Source: Paraspadella gotoi (lineage: Eukaryota > Animalia > Chaetognatha). Taken from it: a stretch of DNA of 64,000 bases. Positions 28,048 to 39,719 of this stretch are shown piece by piece (the first letter of the stretch is position 1; every line of letters begins with the position of its first letter). A model generated the notes under the pieces. The model saw only the letters and a list, made by a program, of their open reading frames with translations, was not told where the DNA came from and did not search any database. A program made the translations under genes and the position numbers. Location of the stretch: NCBI GenBank assembly GCA_051294375.1, contig CM119268.1, positions 45,437 to 109,436 on the forward strand, given 5' to 3'.

Positions 28048-28151
28048 CGTTTTGCTTTGACGTGTTTTCCGGACGGAGCAGCACCTGTCGCCCGCTTTTC
28101 CTCGTGACTGCGAATTCGTGAAATTCGTTGAGTCGTCGGTGAATTAGGAGG

Positions 28152-28202
<51 letters not shown>

Positions 28203-28869
28203 TCTCTTCTTTCTCTCTCTCTCTCTCTCTCTTTTTTTTTCCTCTCTCCTCTCTCTCTCCCCCTTCTCACTCCCTATCCTCTTTCTGCCTCCACTCTCTC
28301 TATTTTTCCCCATCNNNNNNNNNNNNNNNNNNNNNNNNNNNNNNNNNNNNNNNNNNNNNNNNNNNNNNNNNNNNNNNNNNNNNNNNNNNNNNNNNNNNNN
28401 NNNNNNNNNNNNNNNNNNNNNNNNNNNNNNNNNNNNNNNNNNNNNNNNNNNNNNNNNNNNNNNNNNNNNNNNNNNNNNNNNNNNNNNNNNNNNNNNNNNN
28501 NNNNNNNNNNNNNNNNNNNNNNNNNNNNNNNNNNNNNNNNNNNNNNNNNNNNNNNNNNNNNNNNNNNNNNNNNNNNNNNNNNNNNNNNNNNNNNNNNNNN
28601 NNNNNNNNNNNNNNNNNNNNNNNNNNNNNNNNNNNNNNNNNNNNNNNNNNNNNNNNNNNNNNNNNNNNNNNNNNNNNNNNNNNNNNNNNNNNNNNNNNNN
28701 NNNNNNNNNNNNNNNNNNNNNNNNNNNNNNNNNNNNNNNNNNNNNNNNNNNNNNNNNNNNNNNNNNNNNNNNNNNNNNNNNNNNNNNNNNNNNNNNNNNN
28801 NNNNNNNNNNNNNNNNNNNNNNNNNNNNNNNNNNNNNNNNNNNNNNNNNNNNNNNNNNNNNNNNNNNNN

Positions 28870-28906
<37 letters not shown>

Positions 28907-29273
28907 TAACGCCATCACAATTACAAATCCAACTCTCGGGCAAAAACAGGAGAACGAATATGCAAAATAATTCATTTCGTCAGTGAAGTTGAATTCGGTT
29001 GACGTTGCATGACATCAGGCGAGATTGTTGACATCAGGCGTTGCTGCATGACATGTTTTAGAAATTGTTGACACCAGGCGTTGCTGCATGACATAACTGG
29101 ATCTCCCTGACACCAGTCGTTGGGCTCGACACTTGACATTGTTGACACCAGCTTTACTGCATGACACGTATTACCATCAGCTAGTGAAATTATTACCATC
29201 AGCTAGTGAAATTAACTGAATTAAAATCGCGTTCATTTTTCACTTGATCTCGAATTATTTCTTACTAAAAATT

Positions 29274-29352
29274 CCATCCTCCACTCATGACCATTAGGTA
29301 CCGGGATCGATCGCCACTTGTAACTACCCTGCGTTAAAAGTGAGGATGGCCG
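29274..29352 (+). mobile_element. family-B fragment (B-box region plus 5' half of the twister motif)
   Basis: CTCATGACCATTAGGTACCGGGATCGA...CTACCCTGCG..AAGTGAGGATGGCCG aligns to family B. Homology stops at GGCCG. Confidence 0.7.
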
Positions 29353-29602
29353 ATTGTTGTCACGAGCGTTGCTGCTTGACACGGCTTGGGGATGATCTCA
29401 TTTTTTATATTGTAGGCGACAACAACAACAACAAAGAGATTTTGGGAGATAAAACTACGACAACAAAATTGAAGAAAATCATAAAAAAACAAAAGAAAAA
29501 CAACAAAATAAAAGAAAATAGAAAAAGAAGAAAAAGAAGAACAAGAACAACAACAAATATGACGCCATCAACAAAATCGGGAACGAAAGTCAGTTTTGTG
29601 CG

Positions 29603-29638
<36 letters not shown>

Positions 29639-29849
29639 NNNNNNNNNNNNNNNNNNNNNNNNNNNNNNNNNNNNNNNNNNNNNNNNNNNNNNNNNNNNNN
29701 NNNNNNNNNNNNNNNNNNNNNNNNNNNNNNNNNNNNNNNNNNNNNNNNNNNNNNNNNNNNNNNNNNNNNNNNNNNNNNNNNNNNNNNNNNNNNNNNNNNN
29801 NNNNNNNNNNNNNNNNNNNNNNNNNNNNNNNNNNNNNNNNNNNNNNNNN

Positions 29850-29883
<34 letters not shown>

Positions 29884-31189
29884 GTCAATCCACGGCCCGG
29901 CGCTTTCAGGGAGATTTCTTTTTCCTCAGATTCGTGTTTTGAATTCCGTCGACGACAATTTAAAGGTCACCCAAGTGAAGGAAGAAGAGGAGGAGGAGGA
30001 GGAGGAGGAGGAAGAGGAAGAGGAAGAATTAAAGAGTAAAGAGAGAAAAAGATAAGAGGAATAAAAGAGAAAAAAAGAAAAAGTAAAAAAAAGAAAAAGG
30101 TCATCTACGAGTATAGAGTTTTAAAAGGGTTTAAAAAAAAAGAATAGGAAATAAAGGAAAAGAAGAGGAAACAAAGGGAAAGACAAGAAAAGATAGGTAA
30201 AGGTTTACAACAAAAAATAAAAGAAAAAAAAGAAAAGAAGAGGAAACAAAGGGAAAGACAAGAAAAGATAGGTAAAGGTTTAAAACAAAAAATAAAAGAA
30301 AAAAAGGAAAAGAAGAGGAAACAAAGGGAAAGACAAGAAAAGNNNNNNNNNNNNNNNNNNNNNNNNNNNNNNNNNNNNNNNNNNNNNNNNNNNNNNNNNN
30401 NNNNNNNNNNNNNNNNNNNNNNNNNNNNNNNNNNNNNNNNNNNNNNNNNNNNNNNNNNNNNNNNNNNNNNNNNNNNNNAAAAGAAAAAAAAGAAAAGAAG
30501 AGGAAACAAAGGGAAAGAGAAGAAAAGATAGGTAAAGGGTCCAATACAAAAATGAGAAGAAAAGACAAGCGATGAGTTTTGCGTCGGTGGAATGAGAAGA
30601 GAAGGGATAATCTGCAGAGGAAGCAAACAGAGAAAAGATGAACGTGAAGAATAAAAAAAGAAAAAGACGAAAATGAAGAAGAAAATTATGAAGAAACTGA
30701 AGAAATAATAAAGAAAAAAAAAGAGATAAAAGTGAAAATAATGAATTAAAGGATTAAAATAGAAAAAAGAAAACAGATATAGAAGGAAATGAGGAATAAA
30801 ATGATTTAAATAAAAAAATATAAAGGTGAACAAAATGAGAAAAAATATAATGAAGAAAAATCATATGAACACACAGGAAAGTTTAGAATTTTCTTGACAT
30901 TTTAAAAACAGTTAGATCTAAACATGTGTAGGTACAAAAACTGTTTTTAAACAGTTCAAATTAATCTTTAATTAATTAATTAATTATTTAATTAATTAAT
31001 TAATTTTTGAAGTTAAAACTTCAAAAATTAAAATAATTGAAAAATGAAAAAATATGAAAATAAAAATGAACAGAATAATGAATCCCAAAAATCATGTTGC
31101 TATCTCTCTGTCCTCATTATCTATTGTGACCATTGTTGTTCGTCTTCGGAAAAAGAAAAAACAAAAGAAAAGGAGAACAACGACAACAA

Positions 31190-31224
<35 letters not shown>

Positions 31225-31663
31225 TCACAACTTCTAAGAAAAATAAAAAGCGAAAAAAAGAAAAGTTTCGGCGCAAATGAAGAATAATGGGAGAGACTGA
31301 ACGCAAAATGTTAGGGAGGATGAGGAGAGATGAGATGAGAGGAGGAGACGAGATGAGAGAGAGAGAGAGAGAGACAAAGCGCGCACATTAGGGAAAGAAT
31401 GAAAAAAATACAGAAACGCAGTACGACAAAGAAAAAAAATAATAAAAAAACGAAATAGAAAAAAGAAAACAATATTTAAATATTTTTCGTAAATTTTTTT
31501 AAAAATGTTTATTAATTTCATTAAAAAAAAGAAATTCTTTAATTTATTTCTGCTTCGAGCGACAATTTTAATCCTGAAAAGATTTCAGAGGATTTTCTGA
31601 TTTTTTTAGAAGAGAGAAGGAGAATTAGAAGGAGAGAAGGGAAATAAAAGGAAGATAGGAAGA

Positions 31664-31930
31664 AGAGAAAGGAATTAAAAGGAAAGAAGGAGAGGAAGGA
31701 ATTACATTGGAAGGAGTGGAAGAAGTTAAATGAGGAAGGAGAGAAAGGAATTAAAAGGAAAGAAGGAGAGGAAGGAATTACATTGGAAGGAGTGGAAGAA
31801 GTTAAATGAGGAAGGAGAGAAAGGAATTAAAAGGAAAGAAGGAGAGGAAGAAATTACATTGGAAGGAGTGGAAGAAGTTAAATGAGGAAGGAGAGAAAGA
31901 AATTAAAAGGAAAGAAGGAGAGGAAGGATT
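31664..31930. repeat. ~76-bp purine-rich tandem repeat (~3.5 copies)
   Basis: GGAATTAAAAGGAAAGAAGGAGAGGAAGGAATTACATTGG... recurs at 31671, 31747 and ~31823. Confidence 0.85.
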
Positions 31931-32579
31931 TTAAAGGAAGAATAATGGGGACTAACGGTAAATTAAGGGAGAGCATATATCAAGAAAGCTAGAAAGATAG
32001 AAATATAGAAAGAAAGAAAGATAGAATGATAGAAAAGGGATGGGAAAATATTATTGAAAAAACTTGGAAAAAATAAGAGAGATAGAAAAAGAAAATTAAG
32101 AAAGTTAATATGCGGATAATAAGCGGTTCAGACAAATTTAAGAAAATAAAATTAGAAAATTGAGAAATTGAAAGAAAATAAGCAATTTCTTTTCCCTCTG
32201 CTTTTCTCTTACTTCTAAAAACTTCTCTCTCTCTTCTCCTACTTTATTCTATTACTTCTCTCTCACTCTCTCTCTCTCTCTCTCTTTCTTTCTCTCTCTC
32301 TTTCTCTCACTCACTCTCTCTCTCTCTCTCATCTTATTCCCTTTGATACTTCTAAACACTTCTATCTCTCTTCTCCTACTTCATTCTATTATTTCTCTCT
32401 CTCTCTTTTCCTACTTCATTCTATTACTTCTCTCTCTCTCTCTTCTCCTACTTCATTCTATTACTTCTCTCTCTCTCTCTCTCTCTTTCTTCTCGTCTCT
32501 CTCTTCTCCTACTCTCTTAGTATTACTTATCTCTCTCCTCTCTCTTTTTTCTCTCTCCTTCTCCTATATCATTTCAATT

Positions 32580-32620
<41 letters not shown>

Positions 32621-32693
32621 CCCTAAAACTTCATTCCTAAATTTACTTCTCTCTCTCTATCCTCTCTTTCTCTCTCCCACTTCATTCTATAAC

Positions 32694-32734
<41 letters not shown>

Positions 32735-32756
32735 CTTCTTATTCCCTTTGATTACT

Positions 32757-32801
<45 letters not shown>

Positions 32802-33402
32802 ATTCCCTTTGATATCCACGACGATTTTTTTTCCTTTTTTCTCTGATCCTGGAATTAGTGACGAAAGAAAAGATAAGAAGAATAAAAGAAAAGACCAAAT
32901 AGAGAAGAAAGAAAAGATAAGAAGAATAAAAAAAAAGACCAAATAGAGAAGAAAGAAAAGATAAGAAGAATAAAAGAAAAGACCAAATAGAGAAGAAAGA
33001 AAAGATAAGAAGAATAAAAAAATACCAAATAGAGAAGAAAGAAAATATAGGAGAAAATAAGAAAAGAAAAAAAGATAAGAGAAAAGAGAAAAGACCAAAT
33101 AGAGAAGAAAGAAAAGATAGGAAGAAAAAAGAACAAGAGGAAATACAGTGAAGATAGGACGAAAAACCCTAAAGAAAATAAGATAAGAAAAGTATTGAAA
33201 CCAGAAAATAGAATTATTAGTTGCGCGGCGAGTGCTCGCGTTAAAAATGTATATATTTGTAGTTGTATTTGTATTTATTCAAACAGCGGATCCGAGGACC
33301 ATGGGCCACAGTGGTTTAGATAACAACAAATTGGACAGTAGGTCAAACAATAAACATAAATGATATTACAGAACAAAGAAAATTTGAACCGTGTGTTAGA
33401 CA

Positions 33403-33642
33403 TGTAGTCTGGCATTGCCTAGGTTCACCCCGTCTATAAGCATGACACTTTCAGTTGTAACCCGGTAGCTCATTGAGTAAAGCCATCAGCCACTAGGAAC
33501 GGGCTTAAATCCCAACCCGGTACCTACCCTGCAGGAAGCGTGAGGACGGCCGGAAGCCGCCTTGGGGGAGTGGCATACCCTCAGGCCTGGTTCCAAGAAG
33601 TTGCGGATAGACATCTTCAGCCCACTTAGCGCTTTATCCACA
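33403..33642 (+). mobile_element. family-B solo-LTR-like element, twister 3' part deleted
   Basis: TGTAGTC...TTATCCACA, flanks GACA/GACC (near 4-bp TSD). A-box-like GGTAGCTCATTGAGTAAAGC. Twister part from 33531: GCAGG AA GCGT GA GGA CGGCCG GAA GCC GC C..P3..G CCTGG TTCCAAG, then a deletion. Confidence 0.8.
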
Positions 33643-34229
33643 GACCAATATAGGGTTAGGGTTAGTTGGTTGCTCATTTGTTAAGACAGCAAAAAACTTC
33701 AAATCTAAGGGACTGCTAGAGCCGCCTTCAGGAAATCATACAACTATAAGACGGAATTTGGATGCAGTGCATGTCATAAATACAAGGGCCGAATTAGAAC
33801 CAGTGGCCACAGATAGTTTGTGGACCGAGAGAGACTGAGATATCTCTCTCTCGCTCTCTCCTCCTCTTCTCCGCCGGTCAACTTCAGTCAGTCTTTGTTT
33901 CGCCAATTCAGGTGATAGATTCCGCTCGCTTGGACGATTTCCCCTCGGTATTTTCACCATTTTCTTACGGCATTTACACTGGCATTTTCACCGACCATAC
34001 TGGATTTATTTATTGATTTATTGATTGATTTATTGATGGATTTTTTTTACATTACATTTTGATTTCTCTTCGATTTCTTCTATATTTTTGTCGAGATTTA
34101 TTGACAGTACAGAGTCAGTGGGAGCTTGGAGCAGTGTAGAGAGACGGAAACTTTTAGTTATGTCATGTCATGTCATGTCACAAAATTACTTTCATTTGTC
34201 AAGAAAGAATAAATTTAATCTATATTTAA

Positions 34230-34383
34230 TTTAGAGAAAAAATTTGATTGTCGTGGCAACAACAAATTTGTTTTATTGAGAAAAGGGTTTTTGCGCTGAA
34301 GAAGGTTCGTATTGTGAACCGAAACTTGTCCGTTTTCTCAATGAAACAAATTCGTTGTTGCCACTATAATCAACCTCTCTAAA
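34230..34383 (+). mobile_element. Penelope-like element end: long inverted repeat enclosing a minimal hammerhead
   Basis: ~43-bp imperfect inverted repeat (34244-34286 vs 34330-34373) with an AATAAA-like signal, surrounding the hammerhead core. Confidence 0.6.
34293..34333 (+). ncRNA. minimal type-I hammerhead ribozyme (Penelope-type)
   Basis: GCG CTGAAGA A GGTTC-GTATTGT-GAACC GAAA C TT G TC CGT. CUGANGA and GAAA cores, 5-bp stem II, minimal stem III, GUC site (cut after 34330), short stem I. Confidence 0.65.
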
Positions 34384-34600
34384 TCACAATACACAACGAA
34401 AAGAAAGGAAAATAACATAACTATATTTAAATATATGTATTAGATTGAAAAACGTCAATTTGTGTCCGAATTAGTCATCGGCGTTTGAACAGAAGGAGCA
34501 AAACAATTTGAATTAGAATTTCTAAATAATTAGTTTGACGATTTGAGATTCTCTGGTGGTCCTATCACCACAGATGGATTAAAGCTGTTTCTTTCGCAGC

Positions 34601-34664
34601 GCCTCAGTGGCTCAGTGGACTAATGCACCATCCCAACGTGCGTCCCTGGTTCGAGCCCTGAGGT
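34601..34664 (+). pseudogene. tRNA-derived Pol III head, family-A-related element
   Basis: A box TGGCTCAGTGG (34608-34618), B box GGTTCGAGCCC (34648-34658), acceptor stem GCCTCAG/CTGAGGT, TCCCAA loop shared with 14742-14813. Arms are degenerate. Confidence 0.8.
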
Positions 34665-34666
34665 TG

Positions 34667-34747
34667 TCATGTAGAAAGTGGGATGGACCGGGTAACCCGC
34701 CTGTAGGCAAGGGCCTGCTGCCAGATCCAAACCTCTGGACTACATGA
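34667..34747 (+). ncRNA. type-P5 twister-ribozyme-like motif, family-A-related
   Basis: TCATGTAG[P5] AAA GTGG GA TGG ACCGGG TAA CCC GC CTGTAGGC-AAGG-GCCTGCTG[P3] CCAGA-TCCAAACC-TCTGG[P4] A CTACATGA[P5', perfect 8 bp]. T1 TGG/CCA pairs fully; one T2 base is mutated (AAACC vs AAAGC). Predicted cut 34693/34694. Confidence 0.75.
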
Positions 34748-35025
34748 ACATGCTGTCTCGCTGTCGCCACGATGTGACACCGCTGCGGGTGAGGCGCCCT
34801 GTAAAACCTGCCTCTTCAATTCCTTCTTATATCTGAACTAAACCTTGTTTTGTACGTCATTTTTAACATTTTAGAAAAATGTTTTGTGTTTCAACTGCAT
34901 AACGCAATTTGAAATTGCAAGATCCTGAAAAAAATAGAAAGAAATAAAAAAAATGAGGAAGGAAACAATTTGATCCGTTTTTCAATTTGATTTCAAATCC
35001 CGAGCTGAGAGAAAAGAAAGAAATA

Positions 35026-35057
<32 letters not shown>

Positions 35058-35962
35058 AGAAAAGAAAGAAAGAAAGAAAGAAAGAAAGAAAAAAAATAGA
35101 AAGAAAAAAAGAAAAAAGAATGAAAGAAAAAAAGAAAGAAAGAAAGAAAGAAAGAAAGAAAAAAAGAAAGAAAGAGAGAAAAAAAAAGAAAGAAAAAAGG
35201 AAATGCCAGATAGGGTGGAAAAACCGAGACAAAAAGATAGAGAAAGAAAAAAAGAAAAGAAAAAGGGACAGAACGAAACAAACAAACTGACTGTGAGATC
35301 GATAAACAGACAGATAGATCGTAAAAAAAAATAAAACTTTTTTTTTTCAATTTCTTTCCTCGTGGATTTGATTCGGGATTAAATTTCATAATCGAAAGTA
35401 GAGGAATTGAAATGGAAAAGAGAAATAAATGAAAGAAGGAAGAAAGGAAGGAATGAAAGGAGAAAGAAATGAAAGAAGGAAGGAATGAAAGGAGAAAGAA
35501 ATGAAAGAAGGAACGAAGGAACAAAGGAACGAAGGAAGGAAGGAAGGAAGGAAGGAAGGAATGAATGAATGAATGAATGAATGAATGAATGAATGAATGA
35601 TTGAATGATTGAATGAAAGAAGGAAAGAATTTAAGAAGGAAGAAAGGAAGGAAGGAAGGAAGGAAGGAAGGAAGGAAAGAAAAAGGAAGGAATAAAAAAA
35701 AGAAGGAAAATTTAAGCATTTGACAAATTTAGAAAAGAAAAAAGTTTTGCTTGAAGCGATTGACGATGGGAGAGATGATTGGAGAGATGATTGGAGAGAT
35801 GATTGGAGAGATGATTGAAAAAAGTTGAGAGATAAAGATAGAAATAAAAATAGAAAAAATAGAAAGACAATTATGGAAAAAAGGAAAACTAAAGACAGAA
35901 AGAATAAAAAAAGATAAGACAGAAAAAAAATAAAGTAATTGAGGACAAATAAAAAAACCAAT

Positions 35963-36042
<80 letters not shown>

Positions 36043-36557
36043 AATAAAGATCAAATCTGCCATAAATTTTATTACGTTTCGAATGAGTCACATATTTTGT
36101 CGACCGTTTGACGCCACACATATAATCCCAGTCAGACGGAAGAAAAAACATCTGGGCAACGCCATTTACCATCAGTCACTCGCCATATGCCAGACGTCAC
36201 TCGCTTTCTGCCAAACCATCTGATAATCGTCATTTGTAATGCGCCAAACGACATTTTCCATGTATCAGACGTCACACGCCATCTGCCAAACAGAGTTTGC
36301 CATCGTTCAGACGTCACTTGCCGTCTGCAACCCATGTTGCCTTAGTTCAGCACAGAGATTTTGCATTTTTTTCAATTATTGTCAATTATTTTTTAGCAAA
36401 AAGGTTTAAGCAGCGATACTTAAATAATTTTTCTCATTTAGCAGTACTAAAATTATTATCATTATTCCCATTATCATTATACTTAAGTTCTCCATTTTTC
36501 GTGTAGAAATTCTCAAAATCCCTTAAGAACAACATTTTGATTTTCCCTTTTACAGAT

Positions 36558-36683
36558 CCATCAAACGACCTGCCCAACTCCAGCATCCTCTACATCTCCA
36601 TCTCCCTCTTTAACAACCTGACAAATTCCATCATTCCCATCAACCTTTCCACTTCATTCAAAAAGGCCTTTGACCAGATTTAA
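36558..36683 (+). pseudogene. non-LTR retrotransposon (CR1/L2-group) ORF2 C-terminal remnant
   Basis: Translates PSNDLPNSSILYISISLFNNLTNSIIPINLSTSFKKAFDQI*, resembling the SFxxRxxxxWNxLPxxxx...SFKKxLD terminal motif. Confidence 0.5.
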
Positions 36684-37543
36684 GTCGAAAGGAAAAGAGG
36701 GAAATGTTAATCAAGAGGCCCGCGGCTCCGAAGCCGCTTTTTAACCTTTGGCCCCTGACCCCTTTTCCCGAGACGGCCCCCTTGGAAGGCCGTCGATGAC
36801 CCCGGGTAGCGGCCACCGGTGAGAGATCCCGCTGGGAAACCCGGTCCGTTTGACCGTTTTCCTTCTACGACTGGAAAAAGATGGGAGGTGGGAAGGGAGG
36901 GAGGGAAAGGGGAAGAGGGGGGAGGAGGGAAAGGGAAAGAGGGGGAAGGGAGGGAAAGGGGAGGGGAAGGAGGGGGAGAGGGAAAGGGGAGAGGGGGAGG
37001 AGGAAAGGGGAAGAGGGGGGAGGGAGGGAAGGGAAAGGAGAGGGGGAGGGAGGGAAAGGGAAAGAGGGGGAAGGGAGGAAAGGGGAGGGGAAGAGGGGGA
37101 GGGAGGGAAATGGAAAGAGGGGGAAAGAGGAGGGAAAGGGAGGGAAGAGGGGGAGAGAGGAGGGATAGAGAGCGGGGAGAAGGGAAGAAGACCATTTGGT
37201 GAAAAACAAATTTGTTTCTCAAGATTTGTACTCCTGGTTAATTCATATTCTTTTTTTCTTTTTTTCATTTTATTTTTCGTTTTATTCTACGTATTTTATT
37301 TTATTATATTTCATTCTAATCTATTCTATTCTATTATATTCTATTTCATTCTATTCTATTCTATTCTATTCTATTCTATTCTATTATATTCTATTTTATT
37401 ATATTCTATTCTATTATATTCTATTCTATTGTTTTCTTTTCTATTCTTTTTTTACTTTCTTCATTCTTCCCTTTCTTCATTCGCCCACTTTTCAATCCTC
37501 CTACTTATCCATCTTTTCCTCTTTCCCCATTGATATCCTTTTC

Positions 37544-37640
<97 letters not shown>

Positions 37641-38007
37641 CAACATTTTGAAATAAATTTTAAACATTAAGTTCAATAATAAATTTGTTCATCTTTTAAT
37701 TTATTAATTATTTTATCTATTTATTCATTCATTTACTAATTTGAAACATTTTTTATAGTTACTGATTAAACTCGCATGACATTTTAAAATTCCAGCCACT
37801 TTACAACCTACGCTTTTTGTCCACATTTCTGTCCACATTCTCGCCAAGCTCCCACACTTCCCTACCCACATATTTGTCCACGTCCCATAAAACCATAAAA
37901 GTGTCGCTTCTAAATCGGATTCCTACTGACGTCAGCTTTGACCCTTAGAATGACCTCACCCTTTTTCGTCAGATCGCTTTACCTCCCAGTCCAACTTATC
38001 TAACATT

Positions 38008-38085
38008 TTTAGCCTTGCATTGCAATAAGTTCACTCTGCCTTCAGTGGAAAGCCCTCAAACCTAGTTCCAAGCCCAGGACCCGTT
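38008..38085 (+). mobile_element. degenerate deleted family-B fragment; duplicate at ~49027-49100
   Basis: GCATTGCAATAAGTTCACTCTGCC joined to AGTGG..CCCTCAAACCTAGTTCCAAGCCCAGGACCCGTT. Confidence 0.6.
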
Positions 38086-38136
38086 AAAAAAGTTCAAAAC
38101 TTAACACTTACCTAATCCTTAACCTTATTCTCTAAT

Positions 38137-38482
38137 TGTATACTATAACTATAAGTATGGGTACTCTCCTGTGCGTCCTATCAGCGACAACCATTTACTA
38201 CGTTCAACAGAGTATATTAGCCATTATGTACAACAAGTGAGAGAGGAGTAGTAGTAGAAATAGTACATCTTAGGCTTCCCATAGTCTAAGTGACATAATT
38301 TCGCATAAATTAAAGAAAAGAAAAATAATTCAAATCTCGTTCAGCTCCGTTCTCGGCACCGCGTCTCTAATCTCTAAGCGCCGAATCTTAGCGCCGGTTC
38401 GCTTAATCAGCGTCCCGACACTAAGCGTCCGCCACGCCCAGTGCTATGCCAGCGGCGCCGTATCGTGCCGTCTTATTATACA
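38137..38482 (-). repeat. 3' LTR
   Basis: TGTATACTA...TATTATACA, direct repeat of 41205-41536. Preceded on the minus strand by GTGGGGAC (PPT-like, 38483-38490). Confidence 0.88.
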
Positions 38483-38611
38483 GTCCCCACAATTTGCCCA
38501 CAAATTTTCATAGTGGCACGATGCGTCAGCGCTGGCATGCACGTCTTGACCGATCCCCCTGCATCTGCGTCTACGTCCGCAATTTGTGCTTGCAGCGATC
38601 CTTGATCCATC

Positions 38612-38950
38612 TCTGCTCTCATCCTTGGAATCTGCAACACCTTGTAACGTCGCCTCTGCAGCACTCCGTAACGTCGTCGTCTGCAACCTCGTAGCGTCTT
38701 ATCTGCAGCACCTCGTAACGTCTTCGTCTGCAGCACCTCGTAACTCTTCGTCTGCAGCACCTCGTAACGTCTTCGTCTGCAGCACCTCATAACGTCTTCG
38801 TCTGCAGCACCTCTAACGTCTTGTCTGCAGCACCTCGTAACTTGTCGTCTGCAGCACACTCGTAATGTCGTCGTCTGCAGCCCTCATAACTTCGTCGTCT
38901 GCAGCACCTATAACTTCGTCATCTGCAGCACCTCGTGACTTCGTCGTCTT
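38612..38950. repeat. ~23-24-bp tandem array inside the LTR element
   Basis: Unit CGTCTGCAGCACCTCGTAACGTCTT, more than 10 copies. Confidence 0.9.
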
Positions 38951-39719
38951 GACTCCGGAGAAAACTCACTTCTCCTTCCTCTCCACCCGTTTTCGCTCGG
39001 AGGCAATAACTGGTTTCATCAGTTTGGTGAATAATGAAACTAATCCAAACGACTATAAATAACAGTTCAATAACAGTTTCAAGCAAGTTGTATTAAACGG
39101 CTCCAAGTAATAATTATAAGAAACATCCACTCATAATGATAATAAATAACATATCACACAGTCCATAACCAATAACCAGTCAACACAAATACATTCATAA
39201 ATAAAGCCGTAACTGTAACTCGTAAATTTTACTGTCTCCATTCCGTGAATCTCTTTCTTTTAAAGTGACGTTAACTTTTCCATAGCACCCATCAAGTAAT
39301 TAACATTAATTCATTAATCGCATTAATTCTCATGGTTTTAAGAGTGACGTCTGTTTATTTTTGTTTTAAATTCAACGCTGCCGCCTTGCGTCCAAACCTC
39401 TATTTGAATAAGTTTATTTCTTCCCTTCAGCTAACTTTTCCTGAGCTGAAGAAAGAGCATTGTCACGGCGCTCCTTTCGCCGCAACCAACGTGGACTTGG
39501 GGGCAAAGCTTTCCCCTTTTTTTTCTTGTAATATTGAAAGGTAGCATGGCGCTCTTCTTCGCCATAACCTCAACGTGTGACTTCAGGGGATGAATCCTTT
39601 CCCCGAATCAGCGACATCAACATCGCAAATATTTACCTTCAACTCCCTTTTTGTGAAGGTATGGATAAAGACATGGCACTCTTCTTAGCCATGACAACTC
39701 ATAAATCCGTCAAATTTCA

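Noticed and set aside
33736-33960. 74-aa ORF MVKIPRGNRP...
   Set aside because: Runs through a GA microsatellite into a HINE-like repeat; no recognisable motif.
36540-36683. Host terminal exon after the TTTTCCCTTTTACAG acceptor
   Set aside because: The peptide resembles a LINE ORF2 end and no upstream exons were found. Exonisation is not excluded.
36725-36745. Rho-independent terminator
   Set aside because: A hairpin plus T-run is present, but the context is eukaryotic with no bacterial gene upstream.
38612-38950. CRISPR-like array
   Set aside because: Head-to-tail repeats with no unique spacers, eukaryotic context, no cas genes.
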